From Alphaproteobacteria bacterium (GTDB lineage Bacteria > Pseudomonadota > Alphaproteobacteria > UBA828): 64,000 bases of DNA. The stretch's first letter is position 1. Every line of letters starts with the position of its first letter. The position numbers and the translations under genes were made by a program. The DNA lies in assembly GCA_963667785.2 (NCBI GenBank), contig CAXXMU010000006.1, positions 64,001 through 128,000 on the forward strand. The letters are read 5' to 3'. Below, piece by piece: positions 62,698 to 64,000 of this stretch. The notes below the pieces were generated by a model. The model saw nothing but the letters and a program-made list of their open reading frames with translations, did no database searches and was not told the origin of the DNA.

Positions 62698-64000
62698 ATG
62701 ATGATGCATCCGACGAGAGCTGTTCTGGCGGCCGGCGTCCTTGGCGCGTTCGGCGCGGCCATGACGATGCCCGCCTACGCGGAGACCGACTATGTCGCGA
62801 AATACGGGATCAAGGAAGACCATCCGGGCATCTGCTCCTACGCGTCGACCGACGCCAAGGACTACACCGGGCACGAGATCACCATCCTGACCCACGCCGT
62901 GCCGGTGATGGGCGAGCCGGTGGCGCTCCACTCCAAGCAGTTCGAGGAGCTGACCGGCGGCACGGTCAACGTGGTGCATGCTCCCTTCGGCGAGCTCTAC
63001 CAGAAGGTGATGATCCCCTTCCAGACGGGCCAGCACGTCTATGACATCGTCTACGGCGGCTCCTACTGGATCGGCGACTGGGCGCCGCACCTGGCGGCCG
63101 TTCCCCAGAAATATCTCGACACCGACGAGATGAAGGACATCACGCCGGCCTACCAGGGCGTCGCGAGCTGGAACGGCGAGCGCCTGCAGTACACCTTCGA
63201 CGGCGACCGGAACTACTTCAAGTACATCCTGCCGCCCTTCGAGGACGCCGAGAACCAGGCCAAGTTCAAGGCCGAGTACGGCCGCGATCTGGCAGTGCCG
63301 ACGACCTGGGAGGAATATGCCGAGGTCGCCACCTTCTTCAGCGGCTGGGACTGGGACGGCGACGGCGAGCTGGAATACGGCTCCACCGAGATCGTCAAGC
63401 GCGACGACGTGGCCTTCGCCAACTTCATCACCCGCGTCGCCTCCTACGCCAAGAACCCCAACGTCACCGGCGGCTTCTGGTTCGACCTCGAGACCATGAC
63501 CCCGCAGGTCAACAACCCGGGCTTCGTCAAGGGGCTCGAGATGTGGATGGACGCGCTCCGCTACATGCCGCCCGGCGGTATCAACTTCGGCATCGGCGAG
63601 GAGATCTTCTCCTGGGGCGGCGGTGAATCGCTGATGAGCGTCACCTGGGACGACGCCTTCATCCAGGCGATGCAGCCGGATTCGCCGATCCGCAACAAGA
63701 TCCGCGTCGGCACCCAGTACGGCCCCTCCATGGGCTCGCACAAGGTGTGGAACCGGGTCAGCGGGCAGTGGGACGAGTTCGAGACTCCCTCGGTCGCGCC
63801 CTACGTGACCTGGGGCTGGGGCGCCGGCGTCTCCAAGTACAGTGAAGAGCAGGAGATGGCGTTCGACTGGTTCTGCTTCTTCTCGAACTACGCCAACACC
63901 AACCACGACCTGCTGATCGGCCGCTTCGGCGTCAACCCCTTCCGCACCAGCCACATGGATCCCGACTATTGGGAAATGGAGGCCGGCTGGGATCGCGCGG
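62698..64000 (+). CDS. ABC transporter extracellular solute-binding protein, carbohydrate (family 1) type, partial
   Basis: My translation: signal peptide, FEELTGGTV.V...PFGELYQK, DGD, VPTTWEEY; runs off the window end. Confidence 0.82.
   Translation, partial: MMMHPTRAVLAAGVLGAFGAAMTMPAYAETDYVAKYGIKEDHPGICSYASTDAKDYTGHEITILTHAVPVMGEPVALHSKQFEELTGGTVNVVHAPFGELYQKVMIPFQTGQHVYDIVYGGSYWIGDWAPHLAAVPQKYLDTDEMKDITPAYQGVASWNGERLQYTFDGDRNYFKYILPPFEDAENQAKFKAEYGRDLAVPTTWEEYAEVATFFSGWDWDGDGELEYGSTEIVKRDDVAFANFITRVASYAKNPNVTGGFWFDLETMTPQVNNPGFVKGLEMWMDALRYMPPGGINFGIGEEIFSWGGGESLMSVTWDDAFIQAMQPDSPIRNKIRVGTQYGPSMGSHKVWNRVSGQWDEFETPSVAPYVTWGWGAGVSKYSEEQEMAFDWFCFFSNYANTNHDLLIGRFGVNPFRTSHMDPDYWEMEAGWDRA

Overview
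High-GC (roughly 70% by eye) alphaproteobacterial chromosome segment, Rhodospirillales-like from its gene order. It is mostly core genes: aroK-aroB-hlyC/corC, accA, ccmABC, acnA, rnd, mnmA, cysE-iscR-iscS-fdx, anmK/tyrS, nrdJ with tandem NrdR boxes, aspS and guaB. Accessory blocks are interleaved: a Spy/CpxP-like gene, lipoprotein Ntn-acylase, GH3 and two-component system; an RHH/Doc toxin-antitoxin pair; a Rieske oxygenase; a LIV-type ABC transporter with a divergent kynureninase and hydrolases; and pxpBC-like genes with a GST and a CoA transferase. I saw no rRNA, tRNA, CRISPR array, transposase or prophage. The most notable unexplained signals are four. (1) An orphan phage Mu gp27/DUF3486-like gene is followed by 10-bp-phased GGCAC repeats. 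(2) A 266-bp MITE with 32-bp TIRs and a CTA duplication sits at the cysE stop codon. (3) Modular palindromic elements sit mostly at TAG stop codons, swap arms, and bracket accessory blocks in subtype-matched pairs. (4) A shared 46-bp CpxR-like operator lies upstream of two adjacent genes, next to a GH3 amido-synthetase/acylase pair coupled to an OmpR-family two-component system. All product calls come from motif recognition only; no database searches were run.
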